A stretch of DNA of 64,000 nt from Methylophagaceae bacterium (GTDB taxonomy: Bacteria > Pseudomonadota > Gammaproteobacteria > Nitrosococcales > Methylophagaceae), in NCBI GenBank assembly GCA_048595405.1, contig JBJPGB010000051.1, positions 8,551-72,550 on the forward strand, in the 5' to 3' direction. The notes under the pieces were generated by a model, which saw only the letters and a program-made list of their open reading frames with translations, was not told the DNA's origin and searched no databases. Both the position numbers and the translations under genes were made by a program. Positions 8,331 to 18,352 of the stretch are shown here, in pieces. How positions within the stretch are numbered: position 1 is the stretch's first letter; the number at the start of each line of letters is the position of its first letter.

Positions 8331-11300
8331 ATGTCTTTAGATACTCAGACCCTTGTCCGCGAACAAACTCGTCAATTATTTCAGGCTGTACCAACCTCAA
8401 CAGCAACACATCTGTTCGTTGTCGCCTTTCTCTATCCATTATTAAGTGTATTTTTAGAGAGCCAACTAGTCATTGTATGGTCGATCGTTATTTCTTTGCT
8501 CGCTACATCCAGATTTGGGTTATTTTTACTTTATAAAAAGAAAAAACCTGAAGATGTAAAACCTTGGCTACAGACTTTTACTCTTATCACCTTCTTTATT
8601 GGTATTGCATGGGCCTGTTTTAGCTTATTTTATCTACTTAGCGACGATGCCACATTTAACGTTATATTTCTTATTATTGCATGTGGTGTAATATCCACCG
8701 CTGTCCCTGTTTTAGCGGCATGGACACCGGCATTTTTTGCCAATACATTTCCTCAATTTATCGCTCTTAGCTCGGTTCTTATCTATTCTGGCACCTCTGT
8801 TTCCTATTATTTAGCAGCTTCGGTTTTTATCCTTTATATAATGCTGATTTCCCTACAACGTAATACTCACCAAAATATACAAAGTGGTTTTCAACTACAA
8901 CACAAAAATGATCAGTTGGTATCAGAATTAAGTACTGAAGTAAAACAACGTGAACAACTCATCACAGAAAGAACAGATGAGTTAAATGACAGTTTAAAGC
9001 GTCTTGATTTTGCTCTTAATATTGCTCACCAAGGCTGGTTTGATATGAATATTCAAACTGGTGAAATATTAGTCAGTGATGAATATCCTCGCTTATTAGG
9101 GTTTAAACCTAGTCATTTCCAACCTAGCTTGCAAAAATGGCAGGACAATATTCACCCAGAGGATCTGGAATCGGTCTTGAATACTTGGAATGAATGTCTC
9201 AAGACAAATGACATAGGAGAAATAGAATATCGAATAAAGACAAAAGATGGTCCGTGGGCATGGTTCCGTTCGATGGCCGGAATTATTAATAGAGACGAAA
9301 GTAACAAGCCTCTTCGGATGGTCGGTATTCATATGGATATTACTACAGAGAAACACGCCAAAGAAGATTTAAAAAACTCAGAAACAAAATTTCGCACACT
9401 TTTCGATTCGACCAATGATGCTGTAATGATCTCTGATAATGACTGTTTTCTTGATGGTAACGAAGCCACATTAACACTTTTTGGATGCCGTACCGTAGAG
9501 GAGTTTCGTACCAAAACCGTAGCCGATGTTTCCCCTGTAGAACAGCCCTGTGGCACAAGTTCTATGATACTTGCTAACCAACATATTGCCAAAGTAATAG
9601 AGAAGAAAAAACACCATTTTGAATGGCTTCACAAACGTCTCGATACGGGTGAGACATTCCCTGCAGATATATTACTTAGTGTATTAACAATCAATAACAA
9701 AACGCTAATACAGGCCACCGTTCGTGATATCTCTGAACGTAGAAAAGCAGAAGAAAAACTCATGCTAATGGCACATTATGATGCACTCACCCAGCTACCG
9801 AACCGAATGCTCTTCGCTGACCGTTTTAAACAAGCTGTTGGCCACAGTCATCGTACTGGTACTATGTTGGCGATCTGTTTCCTTGATTTAGATAACTTCA
9901 AACCGGTGAATGATAACTATGGTCATGAAGTCGGCGATCAATTATTAATCGATGTAGCGCGTAGGCTCGAAAAAACTATCAGAGAAGAAGATACTATTTC
10001 CCGTCAAGGGGGTGATGAATTCACCTTGTTACTGCGTGATATCGAATCATTTTCACAATGTAATCAGATGTTAGAACGCATCCGCCATGCCTTAGTACAA
10101 CCGTATATTATCAATGATTACCCTCATAAAATCAGTGCATCCATTGGTGCCACCATCTATCCACTTGATAACGCTGAATTAGATACCTTATTACGCCATG
10201 CTGATCAGGCAATGTATCAAGCTAAATTGACAGGTAAAAATCAACAACAGCTATTCAGCACCATTAGTGATCAAAAAATCATTCAAAAACAAACACAACT
10301 TCAAACCATCGACCAGGCTTTAACTAATAACGAGTTTCAGTTGTATTACCAACCTAAGGTAAATATGAGAACGGGGAAAGTGTTCGGTGTGGAAGCATTA
10401 ATTCGTTGGATTCATCCTGAAAAAGGCTTAATCCGACCATTAGACTTTTTACCTATTATTGAAGACTCTGATTTAGAAATCCAGATAGGTGGTTGGGTTA
10501 TCAATGAAGCCTTGCAGCAACTTGATAATTGGCAGCAGCAAGGTATAAAGCTTGAAGTGAGTATCAATATCTCTTCTCACCATCTAAAATCGGCCATTTT
10601 CCTCGATCAATTGAATGAAGGACTGGAAAAACATCCCGATGTGAACTCTCAAAATTTACAGTTGGAAATATTAGAAAGCAGTGCATTGGGTGATCTTAAT
10701 ACTATCAGTAGCATTATTAAAAGTTGTCAAAATGCATTAGGTGTTAATGTTGCCCTCGATGACTTTGGCACGGGCTATTCATCATTAACCCATATGAAAA
10801 ACCTCACTGCTAGTACCATCAAGATTGACCAAACATTTGTTCGGGATTTATTGGATGATCCAAATGATTACAGCATTATTGAAGGCATCATTGGTTTAAC
10901 TAAAGCCTTTAACCGTGACGTTATTGCCGAAGGTGTCGAAACAGATGCTCATGGTTTAATGCTACTCATTATGGGCTGTAATGATGCACAAGGCTATGGA
11001 ATATCACCCCCCATTCCTGCTGATGATATTCCAGCATGGCTTGCCAACTACACTCCTAATCAATATTGGTTGAAATATGGCCAGCAACAACTGTCATTGC
11101 AGCACCATAAAATTATATTGCTACAGCTAACCACTGCACACTGGTTTAGCAATGTCTGTAATGAGCTTCTTACCGAGGGGGGAAGTGGCTTTGAGCACTA
11201 TTTTGCTAAATGTCATCTGGGTGTCTGGCTCAACCGTTTTGAAGAAGAAAATTTATTTGACCCCGCATGGTTAGGTGAGCTTACTTTGGCGCATGATGAG

Positions 11301-11477
11301 CTATTTTCCTTAGCAACGGAATTGTTCAAAAAACATCAAGATAATGATGTTATTCAAGCTAAACCAGCACTTGATCAGCTTAAATCGAGCTATGATAAGA
11401 TACAGTTTGTTTTGCATAAAAACACACAAAGCACTGTCGCTAAGCAAGCATTTTCTAAGCTATTTAAACAGCTATAG
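8331..11477 (+). CDS. membrane sensor with two PAS domains, GGDEF, EAL and a C-terminal CZB-like domain
   Basis: About 6 N-terminal TM segments and two PAS regions. Intact GGDEF (RQGGDEFTLLL) and EAL motifs (EALIRW, QLEILE, DDFGTGYSS). The extra tail carries H..W..C.LG.W..H spacing. Confidence 0.85.
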   Translation: MSLDTQTLVREQTRQLFQAVPTSTATHLFVVAFLYPLLSVFLESQLVIVWSIVISLLATSRFGLFLLYKKKKPEDVKPWLQTFTLITFFIGIAWACFSLFYLLSDDATFNVIFLIIACGVISTAVPVLAAWTPAFFANTFPQFIALSSVLIYSGTSVSYYLAASVFILYIMLISLQRNTHQNIQSGFQLQHKNDQLVSELSTEVKQREQLITERTDELNDSLKRLDFALNIAHQGWFDMNIQTGEILVSDEYPRLLGFKPSHFQPSLQKWQDNIHPEDLESVLNTWNECLKTNDIGEIEYRIKTKDGPWAWFRSMAGIINRDESNKPLRMVGIHMDITTEKHAKEDLKNSETKFRTLFDSTNDAVMISDNDCFLDGNEATLTLFGCRTVEEFRTKTVADVSPVEQPCGTSSMILANQHIAKVIEKKKHHFEWLHKRLDTGETFPADILLSVLTINNKTLIQATVRDISERRKAEEKLMLMAHYDALTQLPNRMLFADRFKQAVGHSHRTGTMLAICFLDLDNFKPVNDNYGHEVGDQLLIDVARRLEKTIREEDTISRQGGDEFTLLLRDIESFSQCNQMLERIRHALVQPYIINDYPHKISASIGATIYPLDNAELDTLLRHADQAMYQAKLTGKNQQQLFSTISDQKIIQKQTQLQTIDQALTNNEFQLYYQPKVNMRTGKVFGVEALIRWIHPEKGLIRPLDFLPIIEDSDLEIQIGGWVINEALQQLDNWQQQGIKLEVSINISSHHLKSAIFLDQLNEGLEKHPDVNSQNLQLEILESSALGDLNTISSIIKSCQNALGVNVALDDFGTGYSSLTHMKNLTASTIKIDQTFVRDLLDDPNDYSIIEGIIGLTKAFNRDVIAEGVETDAHGLMLLIMGCNDAQGYGISPPIPADDIPAWLANYTPNQYWLKYGQQQLSLQHHKIILLQLTTAHWFSNVCNELLTEGGSGFEHYFAKCHLGVWLNRFEEENLFDPAWLGELTLAHDELFSLATELFKKHQDNDVIQAKPALDQLKSSYDKIQFVLHKNTQSTVAKQAFSKLFKQL

Positions 11478-11494
11478 TGTCGATATCTTTCTTT

Positions 11495-11983
11495 ATGAAC
11501 ACCCTATTTCTTATCATCTTTCAAGTCTTTTCTATTAATGCTTTTGCCACGACACTAACACCCTCTGACATCAAAGTTTATCGCAATCCCAGTTGCAATT
11601 GTTGCCACAAATGGATAGCACATTTAGAAGAAAATAAATTTAACGTTCTTGATGTACTAACAAATAATATGGCCGATGTTAAGGAGGCCGTTAAATTACC
11701 TAAGCAAATGACTTCATGCCATACCGCGATCATTAATGGTTATATTATTGAGGGCCATGTCCCAGCGGATGACATCCGCCGCTTATTAGTTGAAAAACCT
11801 GATATCGCAGGTTTGTCGGTGCCTCAAATGCCTGTCGGTACGCCAGGAATGGAAGTAGGGGAACGTAAAGATAATTTTATTGTTTTTCAATTCGGCCATG
11901 AGGGTCATTATGGTGTGTTTAACCGATATCAAGTGGATGAGAATAATGAATATCAAACCCATCCGGCTGAGGAACACCATTAG
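11495..11983 (+). CDS. DUF411 (CopG-like) periplasmic metal-binding protein
   Basis: Signal peptide plus the characteristic CNCCHKW, SCHTA and EGHVP motifs. The ATG at 11495 is preferred over the GTG at 11477. Confidence 0.75.
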   Translation: MNTLFLIIFQVFSINAFATTLTPSDIKVYRNPSCNCCHKWIAHLEENKFNVLDVLTNNMADVKEAVKLPKQMTSCHTAIINGYIIEGHVPADDIRRLLVEKPDIAGLSVPQMPVGTPGMEVGERKDNFIVFQFGHEGHYGVFNRYQVDENNEYQTHPAEEHH

Positions 11984-12856
11984 GTGGAATTGCTTGTTGT
12001 TTTTGGCCGGTTACTATTTTCATCATTTGCCAATGTTTTTCAGAAAAAACTAACCAACTACCAGCTCCATCCATTTTTTATTGTGATGGCATCCTATGTG
12101 GTGCTCAGCATTATTTGTATACCATTACTATGGACGTTTAATCCTTTCTCTCTCAGCACAACATTCTGGATTAATATCTTTTTTGCCGCATTATTAGATA
12201 TGGCCGGCACCTTATTTCTTGTCATGTCTTTGTCGAAAACAGACTTATCAGTATTTGGGCCACTCAATGCCTATAAAATTGTTATTTCAATGTTTTTGGC
12301 CATGATTTTCCTTGGCGAAATACCAAATTTACAAGGTTTTCTAGGGATTGGCATTATTGTTTTAGGCAGTTATTTTCTATTTCCATCAACAAAGCATATC
12401 CGTGCAAACCGTTTATTAAATTTATTATCAGAACGTGGGGTGCAATATCGTTTCTTATCGATCTTACTATTTTCTATTGGAACATTGCCGTTAAAAAATG
12501 CCGTGGTTGCCGGTGATGCTATATCAACTACTGTATTTTGGTGTTTGCTTGGTTTGCCATTAGCCGCTGTCGTACATACTGTCTTTTTAAAAGATAACTT
12601 TATTAAAGACTATGAGCAATCGAAAAAGCATGTTTATGATTTTCTCTATCTCGGTATTCTTATATTTTTGATGCAATATATGACAATGCTTGTATTTTCA
12701 CAATTGCTCATTGCCTATTCACTGGCACTGTTCCAACTTGGCATGGTATTACAAGTCTTTCTTGGTTATCGCATTTTTAATGAACAACATTTCGCTCGGA
12801 GGCTAGCAGCTTGCCTAGTTATGGTTGTTGGTAGCATTATGGTATTACAAGCCTAA
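11984..12856 (+). CDS. EamA/DMT-superfamily membrane transporter
   Basis: 290 aa with about 10 TM segments arranged as two EamA-like halves. GTG start directly after the DUF411 stop. Confidence 0.6.
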   Translation: MELLVVFGRLLFSSFANVFQKKLTNYQLHPFFIVMASYVVLSIICIPLLWTFNPFSLSTTFWINIFFAALLDMAGTLFLVMSLSKTDLSVFGPLNAYKIVISMFLAMIFLGEIPNLQGFLGIGIIVLGSYFLFPSTKHIRANRLLNLLSERGVQYRFLSILLFSIGTLPLKNAVVAGDAISTTVFWCLLGLPLAAVVHTVFLKDNFIKDYEQSKKHVYDFLYLGILIFLMQYMTMLVFSQLLIAYSLALFQLGMVLQVFLGYRIFNEQHFARRLAACLVMVVGSIMVLQA

Positions 12857-12860
12857 CAAT

Positions 12861-13301
12861 ATGGATTGGCTCGCGGAATATGGTCTTATTGGATTAGGCT
12901 TGTCGGCTTTTTTGGCCGCCACACTTTTGCCACTAAGTTCTGAGTTGGTACTATCGGCTTTATTAATTGCAGGAGAAAATCCAGTCGCATTACTGCTCAT
13001 TGCTACTATTGCTAATGTGGCTGGTTCGGTGGTCAATTATGCTATTGGCCGCTGGGGTGCCGACACTATCTTGCATCATTGGTTTCGCTTGTCATCTCAA
13101 CAAACTAACAATGCTGAACAGCAGTTCAATCGTTATGGAAAATGGAGCTTATTATTTGCTTGGGTTCCCGTGGTTGGAGATCCTTTGACGTTGATAGCAG
13201 GAATGATGCACATGCCTTTTGGAGTATTTATTTTATTGGTAACAATCGGAAAAGCATTGCGTTATTGGGCGCTAATTTACCTTAGCTCTGCTTTGTTTTA
13301 G
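12861..13301 (+). CDS. yqaA: YqaA-family (DedA/SNARE-associated) membrane protein
   Basis: Colinear with remembered E. coli YqaA (ATLLP..SE.VL, W.PVVGD.L.L.AG, GKALRY). The ATG at 12861 is preferred. Confidence 0.8.
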   Translation: MDWLAEYGLIGLGLSAFLAATLLPLSSELVLSALLIAGENPVALLLIATIANVAGSVVNYAIGRWGADTILHHWFRLSSQQTNNAEQQFNRYGKWSLLFAWVPVVGDPLTLIAGMMHMPFGVFILLVTIGKALRYWALIYLSSALF

Positions 13302-13559
13302 GAAGAGACAACATCAATATCGCACCGCCTTTCGGATTATGTTCAGCCCATATTTTTCCTTGATGTGCTGTCATTATTTCCTTGCAAATTGCTAAGCCAA
13401 GTCCGGTTTTTCAAGTAATGGCTCAATGTGTTTCTGTAAAAGCAAATGGGAAAAGGCAAATACAACAACCATTAAGATTAAAATCCAAAGTTTTATCTTA
13501 GCTAATAAACTTTTCTGCCATGGAACAGTTAGGGGCTGTTGAATGCGATGGTCATCCAT
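13282..13559 (-). pseudogene. internally deleted, frameshifted sensor histidine kinase remnant
   Basis: A 55-aa N-terminal piece with a TM segment (13559..13392) runs into a stop. In another frame 13410..13282 encodes [37 protein letters not shown], which is the G2 box and C-terminus of an HATPase_c domain. Confidence 0.65.
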
Positions 13560-13584
13560 GCTATTTAATCACTACGAGAAAAGG

Positions 13585-13953
13585 TCATTTAAGGAATGTT
13601 CGTATTGCTTCCATTAGCGTCGTATCATCAAAAGGCTTGGTAATATAACCTTCTGCTCCCGCGGCTAATCCTATTGCAACTTCTGATTTGGATGCTAGAA
13701 CAGAAACCAATATTATGGGGAGGTCTGAACAGCCGTCTATTAACTTAATCTGGCGTGTCGCCTCTAAGCCATTCATTTCAGGCATATTAACATCCATTAA
13801 TATCAGATCAGGCCGCTGGTGTTTTACTGAATCTATACATGCAAGCCCATTATCAACACAAAGTAAGTCAAATTCATCTTCAAGTAACTCATGCATGATG
13901 AGTTGGTTCATAGGTTCATCATCAGCAACAAGAATTGTGTATTTCTCAGCCAT
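13585..13953 (-). CDS. single-domain CheY-like response regulator
   Basis: DDEP acidic pocket, phospho-acceptor in LILMDVNMP, and the conserved ITKPF lysine. Its start overlaps the upstream stop as TAATG. Confidence 0.85.
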   Translation of the reverse strand: MAEKYTILVADDEPMNQLIMHELLEDEFDLLCVDNGLACIDSVKHQRPDLILMDVNMPEMNGLEATRQIKLIDGCSDLPIILVSVLASKSEVAIGLAAGAEGYITKPFDDTTLMEAIRTFLK

Positions 13954-14489
13954 TATTTATCTGTCGCACTGACTATTGCAAGTAATTTAGCTTCTACTTC
14001 TGGTGATAGATCTAAAGATTGAAACTCTATTTCCATTTCTGAACGCAATAATGACAATATGCTTTCATTATTATCCAACAACTGTTTCTTACTGAGTTGC
14101 ATCATAACGAGGTTATTGACTCGACTAATGACTTCTTCGTAATCAAAGGGTTTGGTTATAAAGTCATTTGCCCCCCCCCTCAATACTTTCAGTTTTGTAC
14201 GTGAATCATTTAGTGCGGTAAGCACCAAAACTGGTGGCGGGAGATCAAGATTAAAAGCGTGAAAGCTCTCCATCACGTCAAAACCTGTTTTTTTAGGCAT
14301 GTTGAGATCGAGTAATACCAAATCAAAGTGTTGCTGCTGATAGCTTTCAATTGCTTTTATTGAATCTTGCTCACAGACAATATTGACATAGCCTTCAGAG
14401 CTAAGAATATCTTCTAATATCGTTAAATTCATTGGCTCATCATCAATAATCAATATTTTCGCCTGATATTGTTGGTGTTCAGTACTCAT
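13953..14489 (-). CDS. response regulator: REC domain plus a short uncharacterised C-terminal tail
   Basis: IDDEP, LVLLDLNMP and ITKPF motifs. The ATG at 14489 overlaps the kinase stop as TGATG. The gene contains a G9 run. Confidence 0.85.
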   Translation of the reverse strand: MSTEHQQYQAKILIIDDEPMNLTILEDILSSEGYVNIVCEQDSIKAIESYQQQHFDLVLLDLNMPKKTGFDVMESFHAFNLDLPPPVLVLTALNDSRTKLKVLRGGANDFITKPFDYEEVISRVNNLVMMQLSKKQLLDNNESILSLLRSEMEIEFQSLDLSPEVEAKLLAIVSATDK

Positions 14490-15964
14490 CAAATAACCGC
14501 TGAAGTTGCTTGTTTGGTCGGGATGATAAACACTATTTTTGCACCTTGTGAAGATTCTACTGCTTGAATCATACCACCATGAGCATCAATAAATTCTTTT
14601 GCAATAGCCAAGCCCAACCCTGTGCCACCGGTGAAGTGCTGTGTTGTACTACTTTGGATAAAATGATCGAATACTATATTCATATCTTCAATTGGAATGC
14701 CTTCTCCCTCATCCTCAATCGCAAATTTTAACGCCGCGATGACTTGGTTGGATTCAAGTGGGCTTATTTTGACCGTAGCATCACTTATTGTGACAGTGAT
14801 TGTGCTTGATTTAGGGGTGAATTTAATCGCATTCGATAATAAATTTAAAATGACCTGGCCAATTTTAGGGCCATCCATTTCTGCCGTCACATTTCCCGTT
14901 AAGACTTTAATATCAACATTCAATCTTTTTTCTTTTATCTGTCCCGCCTGCTCAAGCAAACAGCTTTGCAATATTTTGTGTAAATCATGCTGTTCATAAG
15001 AAAATTCTATAATACCTGCTTCTATCTTTGATAGATCCAATAAATCATTTAATAGCAGTAATAAACGCTCACCACTAATATTGATATTAGTGAAATACTC
15101 AAGTAATTTTTCTGTCGGTGCTGATTCAACTTTATTCATTCCAAATTTTGAAAAGCTGAGAATGCCATGCATTGGTGTCCTCAGCTCATGGGACATCTGA
15201 GCCAAAAATTCAGATTTAGCTTGGTTTGCCGCTTCTGCCCTTTCCTTGGCAACCCTCAATTCCTGTGTTCTGTGGGTGATAACGGATTGTAAATTATCTC
15301 GGTGTGATACCAGCTCCTTTGTCAATACCTTAAGCTCAGCTTGGTCGAGTAGTGCTCGCCAATATTCTTCGGACATTCGCTTGCCAATAAATGCAAAAAA
15401 AGCAAGGTGAACGAGAATGAGTGCCGATATCAATAAGCCATTCTGATTAGAAGTAAACCCAATATATAACGTGACAATATTGACTGGCTGCCAGATAAGA
15501 TTCATAAATACAAAAACCAATATCCGGTATTGTGTCATTGATGCAAGAGCCCCACTCACCAAGCCTGTGGTTACCATCAGCATAACAATACTGAGGGTTG
15601 ATAATCCAGTACGAAAAATAAGCGTTGCTGAAAACAAACCCAGTAATAATGCTGTCAATAGTGAATACGTAATATATTGGTTACGGTCGTTTAATAACGC
15701 ATCATTTCCGAGTTTAACTAAACGTCTAGAAAATTTAAACCGTAACAAACTAATCGCTAATAATGCCACGAATATTGGTATTAACCACTGACCATGTTCA
15801 GCAATTAATGACTGATTCCATAAAAATAAGCTGACCGCAAATGGGTAAGCAAAAATTATGGCCTCGGCCCTTTTCCCTAGCTCAATGGCCGCTTTAGACT
15901 CAAGATCTTGTTGAACATCTAAAGTAAGTGATTCTATTTTTGCATTAGTATCTAATAAGTGCAT
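14489..15964 (-). CDS. membrane sensor histidine kinase
   Basis: Multi-TM N-terminus, coiled linker, H-box [12 protein letters not shown] box LLSNAIKFT and G boxes DEGEGI / GGTGLGLAI. Confidence 0.85.
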   Translation of the reverse strand: MHLLDTNAKIESLTLDVQQDLESKAAIELGKRAEAIIFAYPFAVSLFLWNQSLIAEHGQWLIPIFVALLAISLLRFKFSRRLVKLGNDALLNDRNQYITYSLLTALLLGLFSATLIFRTGLSTLSIVMLMVTTGLVSGALASMTQYRILVFVFMNLIWQPVNIVTLYIGFTSNQNGLLISALILVHLAFFAFIGKRMSEEYWRALLDQAELKVLTKELVSHRDNLQSVITHRTQELRVAKERAEAANQAKSEFLAQMSHELRTPMHGILSFSKFGMNKVESAPTEKLLEYFTNINISGERLLLLLNDLLDLSKIEAGIIEFSYEQHDLHKILQSCLLEQAGQIKEKRLNVDIKVLTGNVTAEMDGPKIGQVILNLLSNAIKFTPKSSTITVTISDATVKISPLESNQVIAALKFAIEDEGEGIPIEDMNIVFDHFIQSSTTQHFTGGTGLGLAIAKEFIDAHGGMIQAVESSQGAKIVFIIPTKQATSAVI

Positions 15965-16116
15965 TTTACTGAGCCACGCTACATATTTTTTATAATAATA
16001 AGGATAGTTACCTTGAGTATATGATATTTTCCAGCCTTCTGCCCAAGGGTATTGTTAGTATCTTTACGGATAATGAGTGGTATCATAATCCGCTTAAACA
16101 CCCACAAGAGATTGTT

Positions 16117-16983
16117 ATGAAATTAATCACATCTTGGCTTTTAATACTATTACCAAGCTTAACCCTAGCCGCTAGTCCCACCTTGTTGCCAGCATGGCAA
16201 AGTGATTCGGTATTTGAACAAGCCGAATCTGTCATTTATGACCCAAAACGCCAGCTGCTTTATGTCTCGAATGTTAACGGTGACCCCAATGAGGCTGATG
16301 GTAATGGCTATATCTCCCAATTATCATTGAAGGGTGAATTGATTAATCAACATTGGCTGGATGGACTCAATGCCCCTAAAGGCATGACTCTTGTTGATGA
16401 CATACTTTATGTTGCTGATATCAATGAATTAGTCAAAATTGATATTAAAAACAATAAAATACAGCAGCGCTATCTCGCGCCTAAAGCCAAGTTCCTTAAT
16501 GACGTTGCCAGCGATGGTAATGGTAATATTTACGTGTCTGATATGTTAACTAATACGATTCATTGCCTCTGTTCTGGTACGTTTTCTGTTTGGTTACAAG
16601 ATGGGCGCTTAGAGGCGCCAAATGGCTTGCTTGTCGAAGGTAATAAATTAATTGTTGGTAGTTGGGGCAATATGACCGATGGTTTTGCCACGGCTATTGC
16701 TGGACATTTAAAAACTATTGATATTGCGACTAAACAGCTTGAAAGCCTTGGTGATAAAACACCTGCCGGTAATCTGGATGGTGTTGAAGCTGATGGTCAC
16801 GACAACTATTATGTGACTGATTGGATGCTAGGTAAGCTATTACACATTACTCCTTCAGGAATAACTACAACACTATTATCTCTAGAACAGGGCAGTGCGG
16901 ATCATACTGTACTTACCGATCAAGGCTTGATCATTATTCCTATGATGTTGTCCGGCAATGTCATCGCCTACCAAATAAAATAA
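16117..16983 (+). CDS. secreted beta-propeller protein (SMP-30/gluconolactonase/LRE-like or NHL-like)
   Basis: Signal peptide MKLITSWLLILLPSLTLAA. Repeated blade-like segments (LLYVSNV.., ILYVADI.., NIYVSDM.., YYVTDW..). The listed ORF start at 16021 is probably too long. Confidence 0.6.
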   Translation: MKLITSWLLILLPSLTLAASPTLLPAWQSDSVFEQAESVIYDPKRQLLYVSNVNGDPNEADGNGYISQLSLKGELINQHWLDGLNAPKGMTLVDDILYVADINELVKIDIKNNKIQQRYLAPKAKFLNDVASDGNGNIYVSDMLTNTIHCLCSGTFSVWLQDGRLEAPNGLLVEGNKLIVGSWGNMTDGFATAIAGHLKTIDIATKQLESLGDKTPAGNLDGVEADGHDNYYVTDWMLGKLLHITPSGITTTLLSLEQGSADHTVLTDQGLIIIPMMLSGNVIAYQIK

Positions 16984-16996
16984 GTAATTTTACCCT

Positions 16997-18202
16997 ATGA
17001 CATTTGATGATCTTATGCTTGATGACAGGCTATTGCTTGAACTCAAACATCTTAAATTTGTAACACCAACAGCAATTCAGGAAGCGAGCATTCCTAGTAT
17101 CTTGGAAGGCAAAGATATCTTGGCTGGTGCAGCAACCGGCACCGGGAAAACGGCCGCATTTGTATTGCCTATTCTGCAACAATTAATTGATCAACCCAAT
17201 AAGAATAAACAACCAAAAGTCTTGATGTTGGCTCCCACGCGCGAATTAGCCTTTCAAATTCAACATGTGGTCAATCAACTAAGCAAACAGCTTGATATTA
17301 ATACCGTCATTATGACCGGTGGGTTTTCACAAGCTAAACAAGTCGAGTTTTTGCATCAGGCTTGCGACATTGTGATCGGCACACCAGGACGATTACTCAA
17401 TTTAGTCTCTGATGAAGCATTAGATCTATCCGATATTGATATGGTCATTATTGATGAAGCTGATCGTATGCTTGATATGGGCTTAGGGCCAGATGTGCTG
17501 GCTTTACTTGCGACCATTGCGGATGGTTTTCAAGCCTGCTTATTTTCAGCAACTCTCGCCGGAAGTGGCGTTGAAATATTTGCTGAAGAGTTATTGGCTG
17601 ATGCAGAAATTATTCAAATTGATGCCGCTAACCAGAAATCAGATCAAGTATCACAAACTGTTTATTTTGCCGATAACAAAGAACATAAACAGGCATTACT
17701 ACAAGCATTTATAAGCGATGAGGCTTGCCAAAGCGCCATTGTTTTTTGCAATAAGAAAGAACGTGCTGATGAAATTACGCAATGGCTACAATCACGCAAT
17801 ATTTCAGCTCAAGTGATGCATGGAGATTTTAATCAGGCAATCCGTAGAGATAAAACACGAAAATTTCGCTTAGGCCAAATCAAAGTCATGGTGGCAACAG
17901 ATGTCGCTGCACGGGGTTTAGATTTAACCAATATTAGCCACGTGATTAACTATGATATGCCTTTTAAAGGTGATATTTATATTCATCGTATCGGGCGAAC
18001 TGGCCGAGCCGAGCAAGTCGGTACAGCGATTAATTTGGTTGAACATCATGATCTCAAGAACCTAGAACGAATTGAGTTTCATCTACAATCAAAATTACCG
18101 ATTGCTAAATTGAAAGGTTTTGAACCTAAATCAAAAACCAATAAAGCGAAGTCGAAGAAAAAATCAGATAAACCGCGTTATATCGCCAAGAAAGATCGTT
18201 AA
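16997..18202 (+). CDS. DEAD-box ATP-dependent RNA helicase
   Basis: Q motif TPTAIQ, AATGTGKT, PTRELA, DEADRM, SAT, HRIGRTGRA and a lysine-rich tail. Confidence 0.9.
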   Translation: MTFDDLMLDDRLLLELKHLKFVTPTAIQEASIPSILEGKDILAGAATGTGKTAAFVLPILQQLIDQPNKNKQPKVLMLAPTRELAFQIQHVVNQLSKQLDINTVIMTGGFSQAKQVEFLHQACDIVIGTPGRLLNLVSDEALDLSDIDMVIIDEADRMLDMGLGPDVLALLATIADGFQACLFSATLAGSGVEIFAEELLADAEIIQIDAANQKSDQVSQTVYFADNKEHKQALLQAFISDEACQSAIVFCNKKERADEITQWLQSRNISAQVMHGDFNQAIRRDKTRKFRLGQIKVMVATDVAARGLDLTNISHVINYDMPFKGDIYIHRIGRTGRAEQVGTAINLVEHHDLKNLERIEFHLQSKLPIAKLKGFEPKSKTNKAKSKKKSDKPRYIAKKDR

Positions 18203-18254
18203 GAATTTCATAAGGATGAAAAATATTTATTTTAAGTTTTCTATACACTCCGTA

Positions 18255-18324
18255 CATCCTGAATTTATCGAAGGCCGAAAGATAGATATTTAATATTGTG
18301 GTTCGACAAGCTCATCACGGATGG
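18255..18324. repeat. imperfect palindromic intergenic element (REP/MITE-like)
   Basis: The arm CATCCTGAATTTATCGAA (18255-18272) pairs imperfectly with TTCGACAAGCTCATCACGGATG (18302-18323). The right arm shares 17/21 nt with 23518-23538. Confidence 0.4.
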
Positions 18325-18352
18325 AAAAGAAAACTAGGACCCAAGTAGACAT

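Noticed and set aside
16021-16116. Long N-terminal extensions of several listed ORFs (16021, 4174, 12825, 28577, 38670, 53768, 61704, 2540, 509, 49741).
   Set aside because: In each case an internal ATG gives a canonical N-terminus. The evidence is a signal peptide, a conserved first motif, or a start overlapping the upstream stop. The extension would overlap the preceding gene or a regulatory palindrome.
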